From assembly GCA_030770535.1 (NCBI GenBank), contig JASVEC010000012.1, positions 310,001-374,000 of the forward strand: a stretch of 64,000 nt of DNA, read 5' to 3'. Within the stretch, counting starts at the first letter, position 1. The number at the start of each line of letters is the position of its first letter. The DNA is from Batkoa obscura. Taxonomy: Eukaryota. Both the position numbers and the translations under genes were made by a program. Under the pieces are notes generated by a model. That model was not told where the DNA came from. It was given only the letters and a program-made list of their open reading frames with translations, and searched no databases. This document shows, piece by piece, positions 37,917-51,137 of this stretch.

Positions 37917-40622
37917 ATGAGTGCATTAGAAACCTTAGGTACATTTTTAGGTTTACCAGTAGGTATACCTAATGATGAAAGATTAACATTAATGGTTGGT
38001 AAGTAAATAATTTTTTTAAATCCATTAAATCAATTAGAAAGAATTAAATTCTTCATTAATGATAACATTCAATTCTTTATAACCAATACTAATGTTTACG
38101 TCCCTTCAAAAATAGAACGTGCATGTGATATTCGATTAATGGAGCCAGATATGGCCTTAAATTTAGACATTGCCGAGTATATTAATAAAAAAAAACAAAA
38201 CATGTAAGTAATATTCCATTAAAAACAATTAGTATAAATCTTATTGAAATTCACTAATGAAATTCATCAATAGCCCTCATGACGTCTCGGAATATTTAGT
38301 TCAATTGATTAATAATAGAGATCAAAAAGTGGCCATGTTGGCTTTGATTGTAAGTTCAGTTTTAATTTTTTTTAAATAATAATTAGCCTTAATCAACATA
38401 GAAACAATATTAAGAATTAATTTAAATTATTATTATTATTATTAATATTAATCGATCTTTAATTTAGTTATTAGATACTTGTATACGAAACTGTGGTTAT
38501 GCATTTCATTTACAAATTGCAAGAAAAGAATTTTTAAATGAATTAGTCAAAAAATTTCCAGAAGTACCACCAGTAAGTTTTGAATATTAATTTTAACTAC
38601 TTTTCTTAAATTAAATTACAATTTAACAATATAATGAAATAATCAATTACTCATTTTCTTTTTTATATTCATATAAACTCAACAGCCTTTTCCAACATCG
38701 GTTCAAATTAAAATATTAGAATTTATTAATGAATGGAAATTGGGTCTTTGTTCTCAACCTCGTTATAAACAAGATTTTAGAAAAATATCGGAATTGCATA
38801 ATATTTTAATATTTAAAGGTAAACAAAAAAACAGATAATTAACAATAATTGTTACTTATTATTTTAATTTGATATTAATACTTTATATAAAGGATATAAA
38901 TTTCCTAATGTCAAACAAGATCGAGTATCTACATTAGTAACAAAACAAGTAAGATTTTTTTTTTTGAAATTAATTGTTGAGATCGATAAAGGATACTAAT
39001 TTTATAATAGGCATTCTGTTCCGCTGAAGAATTAGAAGAAGCAGATAAAGAAGCATTATCAGCGGTAAGGCACAATAATAATGAATTTTGATTATTAATT
39101 TAATTTTTAATATAAAGAAATTACAAGAACATATACGACGAGGCACCCCAGCCGATTTAGTTAAAGCTAATGAATTAATGAAATTATTATCGGGTTATGT
39201 AAGAATTTAATAATAATAATAATAAACTTAATATCAATATAATTAGGAAATTGAAAAACGACCAAATTATCAATCTTTAGTTGAAAGGCAATTATTAAAT
39301 GTACAAAGATCAATCGAAACATTAAGTGAAAGATTAATTCCTGGAATGGAATTTGATCGTGGGATTCAAGTAATTTTTATTATTATTGTTATTATTTTAT
39401 TCAATTGATATTGATTATTTTAATTATAGGAATTATATAATGAATGTTCTTCAGCACAAGTAAGAATTCAAAAATTAATATTAGAAGAAGAAGAAGGAGA
39501 ACATGCTAGTAAGTATCATGAAAATTATTTTTAGTTATTTTTATTTTATTATTTAATATTTTATTATTATTTAAGATCGATTATTTGAATTAAATGATAA
39601 ATTAAATGAATTAAATCAACAATATGAAGATGCAAAAAAAGGTATATTTGATCATAATCCAATTTATTTTGAAGATCATATAAGGTAATTTATTAACATT
39701 TATATTAATGTTAACATCATATATATTAACTGAATAAATAATTAAATAGCATGGAAAGATCTGAAATAACAAATAACAACAATAACTACAATAATAACAA
39801 TAACAATAACAATAACAATAACAACAACGATAATCAAAAAGAAGTTGAAGCCCAACAAATATCTTTAATTGATTTAGGGGATGATTTTATGAATAACAAT
39901 AATAATACTTTAGATCCTTTACAATATCAATCTAACAAAACAGAAACATCAATACCTTCTACTTTAAATTTTATGGATAGTTTAGAAGGATTAAGTTTTG
40001 GTTCTATTGCTTCAAGTAATTCAATTACCCCAGCACCAAGTACACCACAACCTGTTTTATTACAATCTAATAATACTTCCCCCAAATTATCAGATAACGA
40101 GGAATCTCCAATGAATAATAATAATAATCCTAATTTAAATAATTTTAATACAAATTTATTGGAAGATAATGGATTAATTGGAAATGAGAGTAATGAAGGA
40201 ATGAATAATGGTGAAGTTAAACAAAAGAAAGTATTAGAAAATGAATTTGTACGAATAATGACTACTTCTTTTGTACAAGAAAATATAGTATTTATCCAAT
40301 TTAATTTTAACAATTTATCGAATTTCAAAATGGAACAATTAGATTTTAAATTAGCTGTACCTAAAGTAAGTTAATATATTTATAAATAATTTAATAACTA
40401 GTATAATAATATATATTTTATTAATAATACTTTTTTTAGGGTTTAAAAACAGTTATCTCAGGAATTAGTGGTACTTATTTATTACCTAAAATAGGCCATG
40501 TATCTTTACCAGTGGAAATTTATTTTAACAATAATTTAAATGAAGTGAAATATCGCTATATATTATCCTTTCAATTAAATTCAAAACAATATACTTTTCA
40601 AGGAGAAGTTAAAAACTTTTAA
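37917..40622 (+). CDS. GGA2: GGA clathrin adaptor (VHS-GAT-GAE), multi-exon
   Basis: ERACDIRLMEPDMALNLDIAEYIN; NCGYAFHLQIARKEFLNELVKKFP; KLQEHIRRGTPADLVKANELMKLLSGY; SLIDL clathrin box; FKLAVPK ear domain. Confidence 0.92.
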
Positions 40623-40773
40623 AATTTTGTATAAAAAAAATATAAAATATATAAAAATGCAATAAAAAAAGAAAATGTATTTGTTTTTTTTTTGAATTCT
40701 TTTAATGTATTACTATCTTGATTGAATTTTCTATTTTTATTTAATTTTAATGATATTAATAACGAAATATTAT

Positions 40774-41391
40774 TTATTGTTTTAATTCCTCTACCACTTT
40801 ACATAGTCCTTTAAACAATAATTCATGTTCTACCAAATGAATTCTAGTTTCTAAATCACTCAATGTATCCTCTACTAAAATCTTTACTTTTTCCATAATA
40901 ATAGGTTCCCCTTGATCCACTTCTTTAATAACTCGATGAACCATAACACCAGTATATTCAATTTCCCCATTTTGAAAAGCGTTATAAGCTCTTTCAATTG
41001 CTTTAGCTCCATCAAACTGTCCTGGCAAAGCAGGGTGAAGGTTAATAATAGGTAAACTGGATGGTAATTTAGTTAAAAACTCAGCGGACAAAATGTGCAT
41101 AAAACCAGCTAACACAATGATATTTGGTTTATAAGAAAGAACTAAATCAGCTAAAGCTAAATCATAATCTACTCTCGTGAGATTTTGATCTTTATACGAT
41201 TTTAAAGTTAATACTGAAGTTGGAATATTATGATTGTTTGCTCTTTGTAAACCATAAGCATTACTACGATTGGAAATCACACCACAGATAGAAATGGAAG
41301 GAAGTTCTTGATTAATAATAATTTTATCAATCAATGCTTGTAAGTTACTTCCACTACCAGAAATTAAAACTAATACTTGAAGTGAAGACAT
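40774..41391 (-). CDS. ADE8: Phosphoribosylglycinamide formyltransferase
   Basis: VLISGSGSNLQALID, LAGFMHILS, INLHPALPG, TGVMVHRV..EVDQG. Confidence 0.97.
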   Translation of the reverse strand: MSSLQVLVLISGSGSNLQALIDKIIINQELPSISICGVISNRSNAYGLQRANNHNIPTSVLTLKSYKDQNLTRVDYDLALADLVLSYKPNIIVLAGFMHILSAEFLTKLPSSLPIINLHPALPGQFDGAKAIERAYNAFQNGEIEYTGVMVHRVIKEVDQGEPIIMEKVKILVEDTLSDLETRIHLVEHELLFKGLCKVVEELKQ

Positions 41392-42149
41392 GGTGTTTTA
41401 CTTTTTATTTATTGAAAATGAAAATGAAGCAATTTTTTTTTAGTTTACTAAAAATTGGAAGTGGATTTCCAGTTTTGAAAATTTAGAAATTTGACTCATA
41501 AAAAATTCTAGTGTTCAACTTTTTGTCATTTGATATTTCAATTTCGTTAATTTTAGAAACTTAATGTGATATAATCAAATAAATAAACAAGTATAAATGA
41601 GTATAATAATAACAAATTTTTGAAAAGTTGAATGTTAGTACCATTTAATTATACTGAAAGTTTTAATTTAATATCATAAAGTAAATATAATTGTTTTCTA
41701 CTATAATATCATTTATAAAGGATGTTTTCATATTTTATATCTAATAACAAGCGACCAAAAAATTAGCATAAAAGGAATTTCTTATTATTCTATATAATTG
41801 TCAAAACTAAACTTTTTTAATGTATTTGAATGCTTAAAATAATTGCTATGGTATTAAGACAACAACTAACTGTCTCACTGTTAAATTGAATCTAGCTTAT
41901 CTTTAAATAACTAACTTATTAGACTATTCTTTTATATTTTTACCATAAAAATAGCTGCAAACTACAGCTCAATTGATTGCTAAACAGGCATCAATAAATT
42001 AAACCACTTAAATAATCTGCAAAAGGTTTTTTGCAAACCAAGGATTAATTGTTGTATTGATGAAAAAAATCGAGAATGAATCCAAATTCAATTTTTTCAA
42101 CTTTAAAAAATCAGCTTTATTATTTAATCATTTAACAATCTACACGAAA

Positions 42150-43310
42150 TATCATATACTATAGGATCTCAAGTCCTTCAGTAAAGTCTAGTTTTTGCTT
42201 GAAGGAAATTAATTCTGTAGGAGCACCAAGGCATAAGATGATAACGATGTTATTTGGTTTTTGGTATCGACTTAGTTCCTGACTTTTAATGTCCTCGCTC
42301 TGGCAAATTTATCTAGTGCATAGGCAATTTTGTGGAATCAGTAAGAGCTGATTGTTATTTGTCGATCGGGTAGATGTGTTTGAGCTAATTAAGAAGGTTT
42401 GGAAAGGAACTGAGATGTGATTTCTTTGTTTAATTGCATTATAATAATGTTAATTAAACTATCATTAGATTTTAATCTAATTTTAGCTATTTATAGTTCA
42501 ATCAATAAAATGTATTTGAAAATTTTAAGCTATTGTATTCCATAAGGGCACAGCTAGTCAGGCTTTTGTGAATTCAGGCGAGTGTTATGATGGCTAACAC
42601 GGAGATGCTGGGCTAATGATTGTCTGATGAAGACATTATGCTACCTATCCGTACTTTAGCTTAGATTTTCAAATCTATAAATCATACAATATAGATTTAA
42701 AAAAAGAATATAGAAGTAAATTTCAATCTTATTAATCAATTACTTCGTAATAGTTATATCGGATTTTATAGTTTGTGTTGTAGTATGGTATAATTGATGT
42801 TTAGGAGGAAAGTAAATTAAAGATATATTAATTGATAAGGTTAAATTTAAAGCGGGATGTGGTGGAAGTGAATGTTTTTAAACTTTTTTTAAAATGTAAG
42901 TTATATATACAATTTTAAGCTAGATACTAGCTTTTTTGTTAACGTTATGATTATTTGATTACTGTCAAGTTTTTTATCCTTAATTACTGAAGCTATTCCT
43001 CCCTGTTTTCATAGGAGTAAATCATTTCTGAAGTTTAAGTTTGTACTATGTTTGCTATTGTTGGTACAATCCTAAAGATAATGTGACGATATAGCATTAG
43101 TGGATTGTACCACATAAAATGTAGTTATGAATCGTTATTGCAAGAGTTACGGTCAGGTTAGAGGCATTTGATACTAAATGGGATAAGCCATAAATCGCGG
43201 TTTCTTTCATTGTCAATGACATTAGTGAGAAGTACCTCCTTATGTAAACCTTTAATTAGCCTTATACAATTTGGGACTAAAGTATGAAACAATTCCTCAT
43301 ATACTGCACT
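42150..43310 (-). pseudogene. Decayed ORF of unknown origin, possibly transposon-derived
   Basis: Higher GC; long frames broken almost only by TAA/TAG (e.g. SYENREE*LQ*LRIK); C2H2-like FIRQSLAQHLRVSH near 42600. Confidence 0.45.
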
Positions 43311-43819
43311 TCAGAGGTAGTTTTATTATTTTAGAATGAAGCTTACTTTTCCCCAAAGGTAGCTTTATGTTTTTAAAACGAAGCTTGCCTTTGGTCCTGG
43401 TTTAGCAATTTACTCTTTATGAATATGACAACTCTACCCATTAAGTTAATAAACTTATAACTAACCGTCCGTCTAATCCGCTTTGTTTGTAGGTTCATAT
43501 TACCATTGTTTTTATAATTGCTACTATTTTTGAATGCTTAGCTTGGGGTTTGAGCATGTCTGCTCTTGAAATTGGCCAATCCTGCTGCTGAATTAGGGTC
43601 TTTTGTGTTTTTTTATATAAAGTATTAAATAAAAATAAAAGTAAAAATAAAAAAATAGTTTTTATAAAGAAATAAACTACTATGTTATCTCATAAAAATA
43701 ACTATATAAATATCATTACTGCAAGCTTACTCCCAGAAGCTAATAGCTTTTGTAGTTTAAAAATCAAAAATTCCATAGGAGGATTCAATAAATCGGATCT
43801 ATTTTTAATTTCAAATAAT

Positions 43820-44109
43820 TTAAGTATGACTAGTTTTTGGACCTCGGAAACGATATCTCATATTTAACTAAATATCATAAAAAGTATTAACCCCTAATTT
43901 CTAAAATCTACCTAATAATAAATCATCAAACTTACCAAAGACCTTTTGCATTCGGTATAAGCTTTACGAATAGCTAAACATTCTTCATCAATCAAATGAG
44001 CGTTTTCTTTTTCAAAACATTTTTGAATTGGATAGCCAAATTTATCCATGCATTCACTCTTTTGCATACATTCAATTAATTCTTCACGGATATCTTCACA
44101 GGTGGGCAT
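43820..44109 (-). CDS. PET191: Cytochrome c oxidase assembly factor 5 (twin-Cys), 2 exons
   Basis: MPTCEDIREELIECMQKSECM...C...ECLAIRKAYTECKRSL|LNMRYRFRGPK. Confidence 0.92.
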
Positions 44110-44295
44110 TGTTTATTGGAGTTCTCTATTTTTATTAAAATAAATCAAATAAAAGTAAAAGTTTTGAAACTTTAAATTTAAATTTAAAATCTTTTAAAAA
44201 AAATAAAGCGTGACATCAAAAAGAATGAAAATGAATCTAAAGTTTTAAAAATTGAAAATTACGTTTTTTTATAGAAATTGAGTTCAATATAAAAA

Positions 44296-45296
44296 ATGAG
44301 TAATAAAATTTCCCGAAAAAAAGAAGATTATAGGATAACTGTAATTAATAATAATATCAACTATCTAAATTGAAATTCAAAATTCCCTTTTATTTAGGAA
44401 ACGGGCGTGTTTTTACACAAAAGATCGTATGTATTAAGTCCAAATACTATCAATTCAACAGGAAAAGTAAGTTCCATTTTCTTTTAATAAAATAAAGTAA
44501 AATGAAATATTTTCAATTAATAGCTAATCAATGAATAGAACATTTTTTTAGAAGGAGTAACTATCCGGGCCGATATCTTATGTCGAGGTAGTTTAACTAC
44601 TTTATTTTTAGGAAGGTCTACTTTTTTTGAAAAAAATGTAACTATACGTCCACCATTTAAGTTTTATAAAAGGTAAATCAAATCAAATTAGTTTTTAAAG
44701 TAATTAGAAAATTCATAAGAGTAATTTAAATATAAAAGTTAAGGAATTTTTTAAGAGATGGAGTGAATAGAATGAGGTTAAATGGATTGAGGATTTATTG
44801 TATCTTTATTTAGGGAGTTTATCTATTCCCCAATAAAAATAGGAGATTTTGTTTATATTGGTGAAAATAGTATAGTTAACGCTATTTCAATTGGTAATAA
44901 TGTTAATATTGGTAAAAATTGTGTTATTGTAAGTATTATCCTTTCTTTTAATTCTATCAAATGTTCTATCATAGATTGTTTGTTTGATTATTTTTTGTAT
45001 TAATTTCAATTTACTTTGTTTAGGGTAGAAATAGTATTATAAAAAATTGTGTTAAAATACTAGATGATACAGTTATACCACCTGATGCTGTTATTTCTTC
45101 ATTTTCAATTATTTCTGGTTCTCCAGGTAGGTTTTTATTTTATTGTCATTTTTATAAGTTAAATAATTATTATTATTATTCATTAAAAAATATATTAGCT
45201 AAACAAGTAGGTGAATTATCGGATTTTACATCCAGTATATTTGAAAAAGAAGCTAAAGAGAGATATAATGAATTTTTAGCTACTTTTGAAAATTAA
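44296..45296 (+). CDS. DCTN5: Dynactin subunit 5 (p25), multi-exon
   Basis: [71 protein letters not shown]. Confidence 0.92.
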
Positions 45297-45376
45297 GTTT
45301 TTATAATAAATTAATTTTATTAATGTATAATATAATATAATATAATATAATAATAATTATTTTATTAAGTTAATAA

Positions 45377-46400
45377 TTATTCAATATCAATAAAAGGATC
45401 ATTTAGATCAATAATACCAGTATCATCATTAGAAGTATTATTAGTATTATCAAAATCCACTAAATCTAAATCCAAATAATCTTCTTCTTTTAATTCCATA
45501 TTATTTATATTTAATTTCTCTTCCTCTTTTTTATCTTTATTATTACTCTTATTACTTTCTTCTTTTACTTTACTCGTATTCTTTTCTTCTTGATTTTCTT
45601 TTTTATCTTCACTTTTTTCTTTTTTTATTTCTGAATTATTGTTATCATTCTTTTCTTCTTCCTTATTATCCTCATTATTTGCTTTAATAGGATGATGCAT
45701 AACAAATTCCTCTTCATCCTCCTCTTCATTATCAAATCTAATATTATTCAATTCAATCATTTCCCCACTTCGAACTTCCTCACTCATTACCATTCTATCT
45801 TGTGTAAAATCAATTAATTCTTGTTCAGGTAAATTTTGGGGTTCTAAATAAGGTAATAGTAACTTAGGATTCATTTGTTTTTCAAATATTAAATTAAAAT
45901 TTAATATCAAATCTTTGATTAATTTTAAGGGATATCGTTGATAATAATATTGCATTCTTAAAGCTGGTGGTGGTCGTAATATACAAGGTATTATACTTTG
46001 AAATAAACTTTGATATTTAATATTATTGATAAAAGGTTCATTAATTGTACTATAAATTAATAAAAATATTATATTAGTATGATGTTATTATTATGTATGA
46101 TTTAATTTACTTCTTCAGTTGATTAATTAAACTTTTTAATATTAAATAATTTGGTATTGATAATTCATTAATTATTGTACTTAATTCATTTAACCTTAAA
46201 TCATTATCATCTAATAATTAATTAATAATTTATATAACAATAATAATACTATAACTTACTAATTAAATAAATTTGTTTTAATTTATCATAATAATTCATT
46301 GATATTAAAGAATCGGCTAATTCTAATAAATACAATTTTAAAGTGGATATTAACAATTCAATATTTAATTTAGGTAAACTTGATGGACTTATTTTTCCTA

Positions 46401-46449
<49 letters not shown>

Positions 46450-48214
46450 TATTATTATTATATTTATTTTAATATTATTTGTTATTTACCTTTATTTAAC
46501 TTATTTCTTAATCTATGAATTTGTTTTAATGGTACATTTGAACACCAAAATTTTAAACATTCTAAATAAAAGTATAAGTTACATTATATAGTACATTAAA
46601 TCATATAATATTTTACCTTCATTATCTTTAGTTTTAAACTCTAGAAAAAATAAGCACTATTAAATCAATAATAATAATAGTTATAATAGAATATTATTTA
46701 CCTTCTATAATAGCATCCATTAGCAATGAAAATGTAGCTGGTATAGTAGATCTACTAACTTTTGCTTGAGTATCTAAATTAACGCCAAAATTTTGATCTA
46801 AAAAATTGTTTTATAAATATATTTATAATAGAAACTAATAATAAAATAAATTTACCAATTCCTTCCCCATAATAATAATTAACATATAAAATAGGACATG
46901 GTTGAAAAGGACCAGTACGATAAGATTCTACTACTAATAAAATATCTTGTTTAGGTTTCAATGTTTCTAAATGTAAAAATAATTCATTTGCTATTGAATT
47001 AAAATTATTTTCGTTATTCGTTTCAATACTGGCTAAACTAACAAAAGCTAAAAAATACAGACTTAATTTAATATTGTTGTTATGAAAGGATGGATTGTAA
47101 GTTTACCTGCTTTAATTGATTCAATTCTTGATTCTTCATTTTTTTCTAGTAAATTTAAAAATTTAAACTATAAGAACACAGTATTAAACATAGCTCATAA
47201 AAAATAAAATAGAAAAATTACCATTAATTGTTCCACTTGAAGTCTTAATTTATCAGTTTTAAAACATAATTCCTTATAAAAGATATCAGCTTCAGTAGCA
47301 ATTACTCTAGCATCATTATGTAAATTTTGATCATTTAATAAATCTTCGACTTCGGTAGCTTTCTTTTTCCATTGATAAAACGTTGTATTGGTAGCATGAA
47401 ACTTATTCCCTGGGCCAATTAATCTTAAATACCCCAAATCAATTAAAGCTTGACCAACATTTACAGCATCGTTAGGAGTCAATAATACATTTTTAAACTC
47501 TGTTAGTAACCATTTGGTAATATCATCGCCTGTAATTAATCCACGAAAAAAGCCTAAGAACTTTGATTTACTTTCTAAGCTGATATTGACCTCGGTTTGT
47601 ATTTTAATTAAGAAATTTTGCATTTCTTTTTCATTCAATGTCAATACTCCCAATAAATAAACTTGTCCTTTTTTAGGAATTCCTTTATTTTCTTCTTCTT
47701 CTAAATTGGCTTTTAATATAGCTTGTTCTTCTAACTCATCAGCTATACTACATTTTTCAAAATATTGTTTTTTGGCTAAAGATACTCGATTTAAACACTC
47801 TTCTAATTCATTTATTTTCTCCAATATTGGTTTTTTATAACTTATAACCGCTTGTTTGTATTCTAAAAATACGCGTTCCAGTGGGTTGATGACTAGATTT
47901 TGTAAATTACTTGAAAGCTCATAATGTTGTTGTCCTTTTTTAATATAACTTTCTTTTAACGCATCAAACGCAAGTGGTAAACTAGCACCTTCTTCATTAT
48001 TGACAACGAGGGAAGAATCTGGATGCGCGGATTTTTTTATACCGGCGAGATCCACTAAACTGATGGAATATAAATCTTCAATTGCTTTTCGATTTTGTAG
48101 GAATTGTAAGATTTGTGAATTTTCGTTATAACTTTGTGAAATACGTTGATCTAAACGCTTAATGATTAAACTAAAATTATTGTTTAAGGGCCAAAAATTG
48201 TTTTGGTATTCCAT
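45377..48214 (-). CDS. F-BAR/FCH + DEP + RhoGAP protein (Rgd2/Rga8-like), multi-exon
   Basis: MEYQNNFW...FLQNRKAIEDLYS (FCH); DEP ITGDDITKWL...VGQALIDLGYLR; YRTGPFQP; GAP-like LKLYLLELADS and PCILRP. Confidence 0.85.
46400..46460 (+). repeat. (TAT)n microsatellite within a RhoGAP intron
   Basis: Tandem trinucleotide run. Confidence 0.9.
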
Positions 48215-48817
48215 GGCGATAAAGGAGTCTGTTCAAATTTATTAGCAATTTATTGTCTTTAAAATGAAAAAGAATTTTAGAATTTGAAATTAAGTTATTG
48301 TTTCTCAATTATTTTGAATTAGGAACAATTTTACGTATTAAAAAAATAAAATAAAAATTATCAAAAATAAAATAAAATTTTAAAATACTAAAATTAATTC
48401 ATATACAAATAATTATCATAAAATAAGTGATACTTTGAAATTCAGCTCTTATAAAAGCTTCTATATTTATATTTATACCATTTTAATATATGTAATAGTT
48501 TTACTGAACCATTTGTTTAGTAATTTTCGATTTTGTTCACTTTTTATGTCACATAAAGTAAAAATTTATTAGCAAAATTTAAAACAATTTCAAATAAATT
48601 GAATTTCTTTTAATAAATTTAGTGATCAAAAGTTATCTTTTGCTAAAGAAGCATGTCTAGAATAAAAAGTTTATTAAAGTGTAAAAGATAATTAAATTGT
48701 ATTCAATGAATGATTTAATTAAAGTATTTTTTATTATTTTTGCAAATTAAATTTAGATTTTTTAGTTTAGTATTCCAATTAATTTCTTTGGACTAAGTTA
48801 AAACAAAATTATAGTTC

Positions 48818-49280
48818 TGTGAAATATTGGTTTATTAGCTCTCGAATTGATTATAACACAACAATCACTTAAGTTGTTGTGTTCTCAAGTTCAAATACAA
48901 TCAAGTCAGAGCCCCTTATTTTGATTTACTGCGAGAATTTATAACTTCATATTGCAAACAATATTATCCTCTAGTTTTGATATCCATACTTGTTGGAGTA
49001 TAAAAGAGATTCCTCAACATGGTAACTCGAGGCTTTTTAACTGAATTACTCCCTGATATCGTACTATTAATAAAGTCACTAAGTCTTTCTGACAACATCT
49101 TATATGGATTTTACGGTAGTATCTTCCATTGTATTTGTTTACATAACTCGTAGCTTATTACGTACTATTTCTATTAAGTTAAGTCTATCTTAGTTATATA
49201 AACTAAGACCCTTCGACTCAAGGCAAGTTAATTAAGCAAGAGTAGCTTTTAACTTCGACCACTAAGCATCAACTTTCACA
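48818..49280 (+). mobile_element. Family C: 463-bp TG..CA element, solo-LTR-like
   Basis: Termini TGTGAAA...TTTCACA flanked by a GTTC direct repeat on both sides; homologous to 49825-50320 and 62592-63072. Confidence 0.7.
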
Positions 49281-49824
49281 GTTCTAAGCTTAAATGTAAA
49301 CAATTGCTGAGGATGGTGCAAAATTGAAATTATTTATGTAAAAAAATTATAACGCTAAAATAATATTTTTAACAAGTAATAAAATATAAATATTTATTTT
49401 TTAATGATTTTTTATAAATTTAAAATTAAAAAAAAACATTAAGTTGTAAAAATAATTAAAAAAACAAATAATTAAAGCTAATAAAAAATATTTTGTTATG
49501 AAATTAAGTTTTTTATTAATTATAATTTACATAAATTAAATTTTGCTTTTAGAATTCATTTAGACTAATTATTAACCAAGCTATTTTTTTATATAAATAT
49601 TAAAATTATTTTTAATTAATTGTTATGTTATTATATTATTATATTTTAAAAGTATATTAAATTATTTTTGAAATCATTTATATAAATTTTTTTCAATTTT
49701 AATTATTTTTCTTTTTAAATTATCATTACAAATAGTATATAAAGATATTCAAATTGGTTTCAGAATTTACTTAAGAATTAATCCAAGCTTTAAGTTTTTA
49801 AATTTATAAATCTTTAGCATATAG

Positions 49825-50320
49825 TTAGTTAAAAGCAATTCTTGGTTGATTAACTTACCTTGAGTCAAATGGTCTTAGTTTATGTAACTAAGGTAGACTT
49901 AAAGGAATAGGAATGATGCGTAATAAGCTACAAACTATGCAAAACAAATATAATAGAAGATACTACTGTAAAATCTACGTAAGATATTGTCAGAAAGACT
50001 TAGTGGCTTTATTAATAGTACGATATCAGGAAATAATTCAATTAAAAAGCATCGAGTTAGTATATTGAACAATCTCTTTTATACTCCAACTAGGTGACTA
50101 TATATAAGGAACATTATAATAGTTATTCGTTATTATAGTTACCAAGTATGGACATTAAAACGTGGACAATAAGCTCTTTCCAATTAGGCGATAGAAATTC
50201 TCACAGCAAATCTAAATGAGTAACTCTGAATTGATTGCAAGGCTACAACTAGTTTTGTAAACAAGTTAAATGACTATTATATCTTAATTTATCCGAGGGC
50301 TGATAAACCAATATCTCACA
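49825..50320 (-). mobile_element. Family C copy, inverted, with a nested 51-bp hairpin insertion
   Basis: Reverse-complement homology to 48818-49250; ends ATATCTCACA. Confidence 0.8.
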
Positions 50321-50429
50321 TAGTATCTTTTATTTTATTTGTTTTATGTAATGGATAGCTTATTATATGCTATTTTTATTAATTAAGCAAAAACTACTTT
50401 TTAATTCTAACCATTAAAGGCCAACTTTC

Positions 50430-50615
50430 ATAGTCTATATAACTAAAATAGACTTAAATTAATAAAAATAATATATTGTAGGCTGTAAATTATATGAAAT
50501 AAATATTATTATTATAAAATTTATATAAAATACTATAAAATTTGATAATTTTATTAAAAAATATAGTATTAAGGAGTAATTTAATAAAAAAAACCCAAGT
50601 TATTATATTTAAAAA
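50430..50615 (-). mobile_element. Heavily AT-eroded fragment of family C
   Basis: TAGTCTATATAACTAAAATAGACTTAA...AAGGAGTAATTTAAT aligns to the family with mostly G>A and C>T changes. Confidence 0.6.
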
Positions 50616-50997
50616 AAAAATTAAGTAGCTATATATAAAAAACATAATAATAATAATTTTTTATTTTGATTGCTAAAATATAAACATCAAAATACAAAAA
50701 TAACATTTTTTGTAATTAGGTAATAAATATTTTAAATTAAATATACTTAAATTTAAAAAAATAACTTTTAATAGCAAAGTTATTTGGTTAGTTAAATTTA
50801 TTATATAAATTATAATTAAATTAATTACAAAGCTGCAATTAATTTTATAAACAATTTAAGTAGTTAATGTATTACAATTAATTATAAAGCTAGTTTAAAA
50901 ACTTAATTTGAATTTTCTTTAATTTTGTTCTTTAGCAAAAATTGCAAATTAAGCATTAAGTATTACAAAAATATGCTTTTTTATTTAATTTTAATTA

Positions 50998-51092
50998 AAA
51001 AGTATTTATTTAGTTTTATTACTTTTTTATTTTTTAAGTGCTATTTCAGTGGAATAATTACCAGTAGAGTTTTTTTTTTTAAATATATCTTT
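50998..51092 (-). mobile_element. Decayed MITE family A copy
   Basis: TAGTTTTATTACTTTTTTATTTTTTAAGTGCTATTTCAGTGGAATAATT vs consensus TGGTTTCATCACTTTTTCCATCTTTTAAGCGCTATTTGAGTGGAAAAATT. Confidence 0.7.
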
Positions 51093-51137
51093 ATTTAATT
51101 TTATATTAAAGTTTAAATAAGCTAATTAAAAACAAGT

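Noticed and set aside
27929..43310. Alternative genetic code (TAA/TAG = Gln) or readthrough suggested by in-frame stops
   Set aside because: Conserved genes here end in TAA, TAG and TGA, and the affected loci also have frameshifts, so they are pseudogenes
46343..46591. Poly-Leu ORF
   Set aside because: Translation of an intronic (TAT)n microsatellite antisense to the RhoGAP gene
48890..49250. Protein-like frame in family C (MVTRGFLTELLPDIV...)
   Set aside because: A TAA is shared by all three copies, indels break the frame, and TG..CA ends fit a non-coding LTR better
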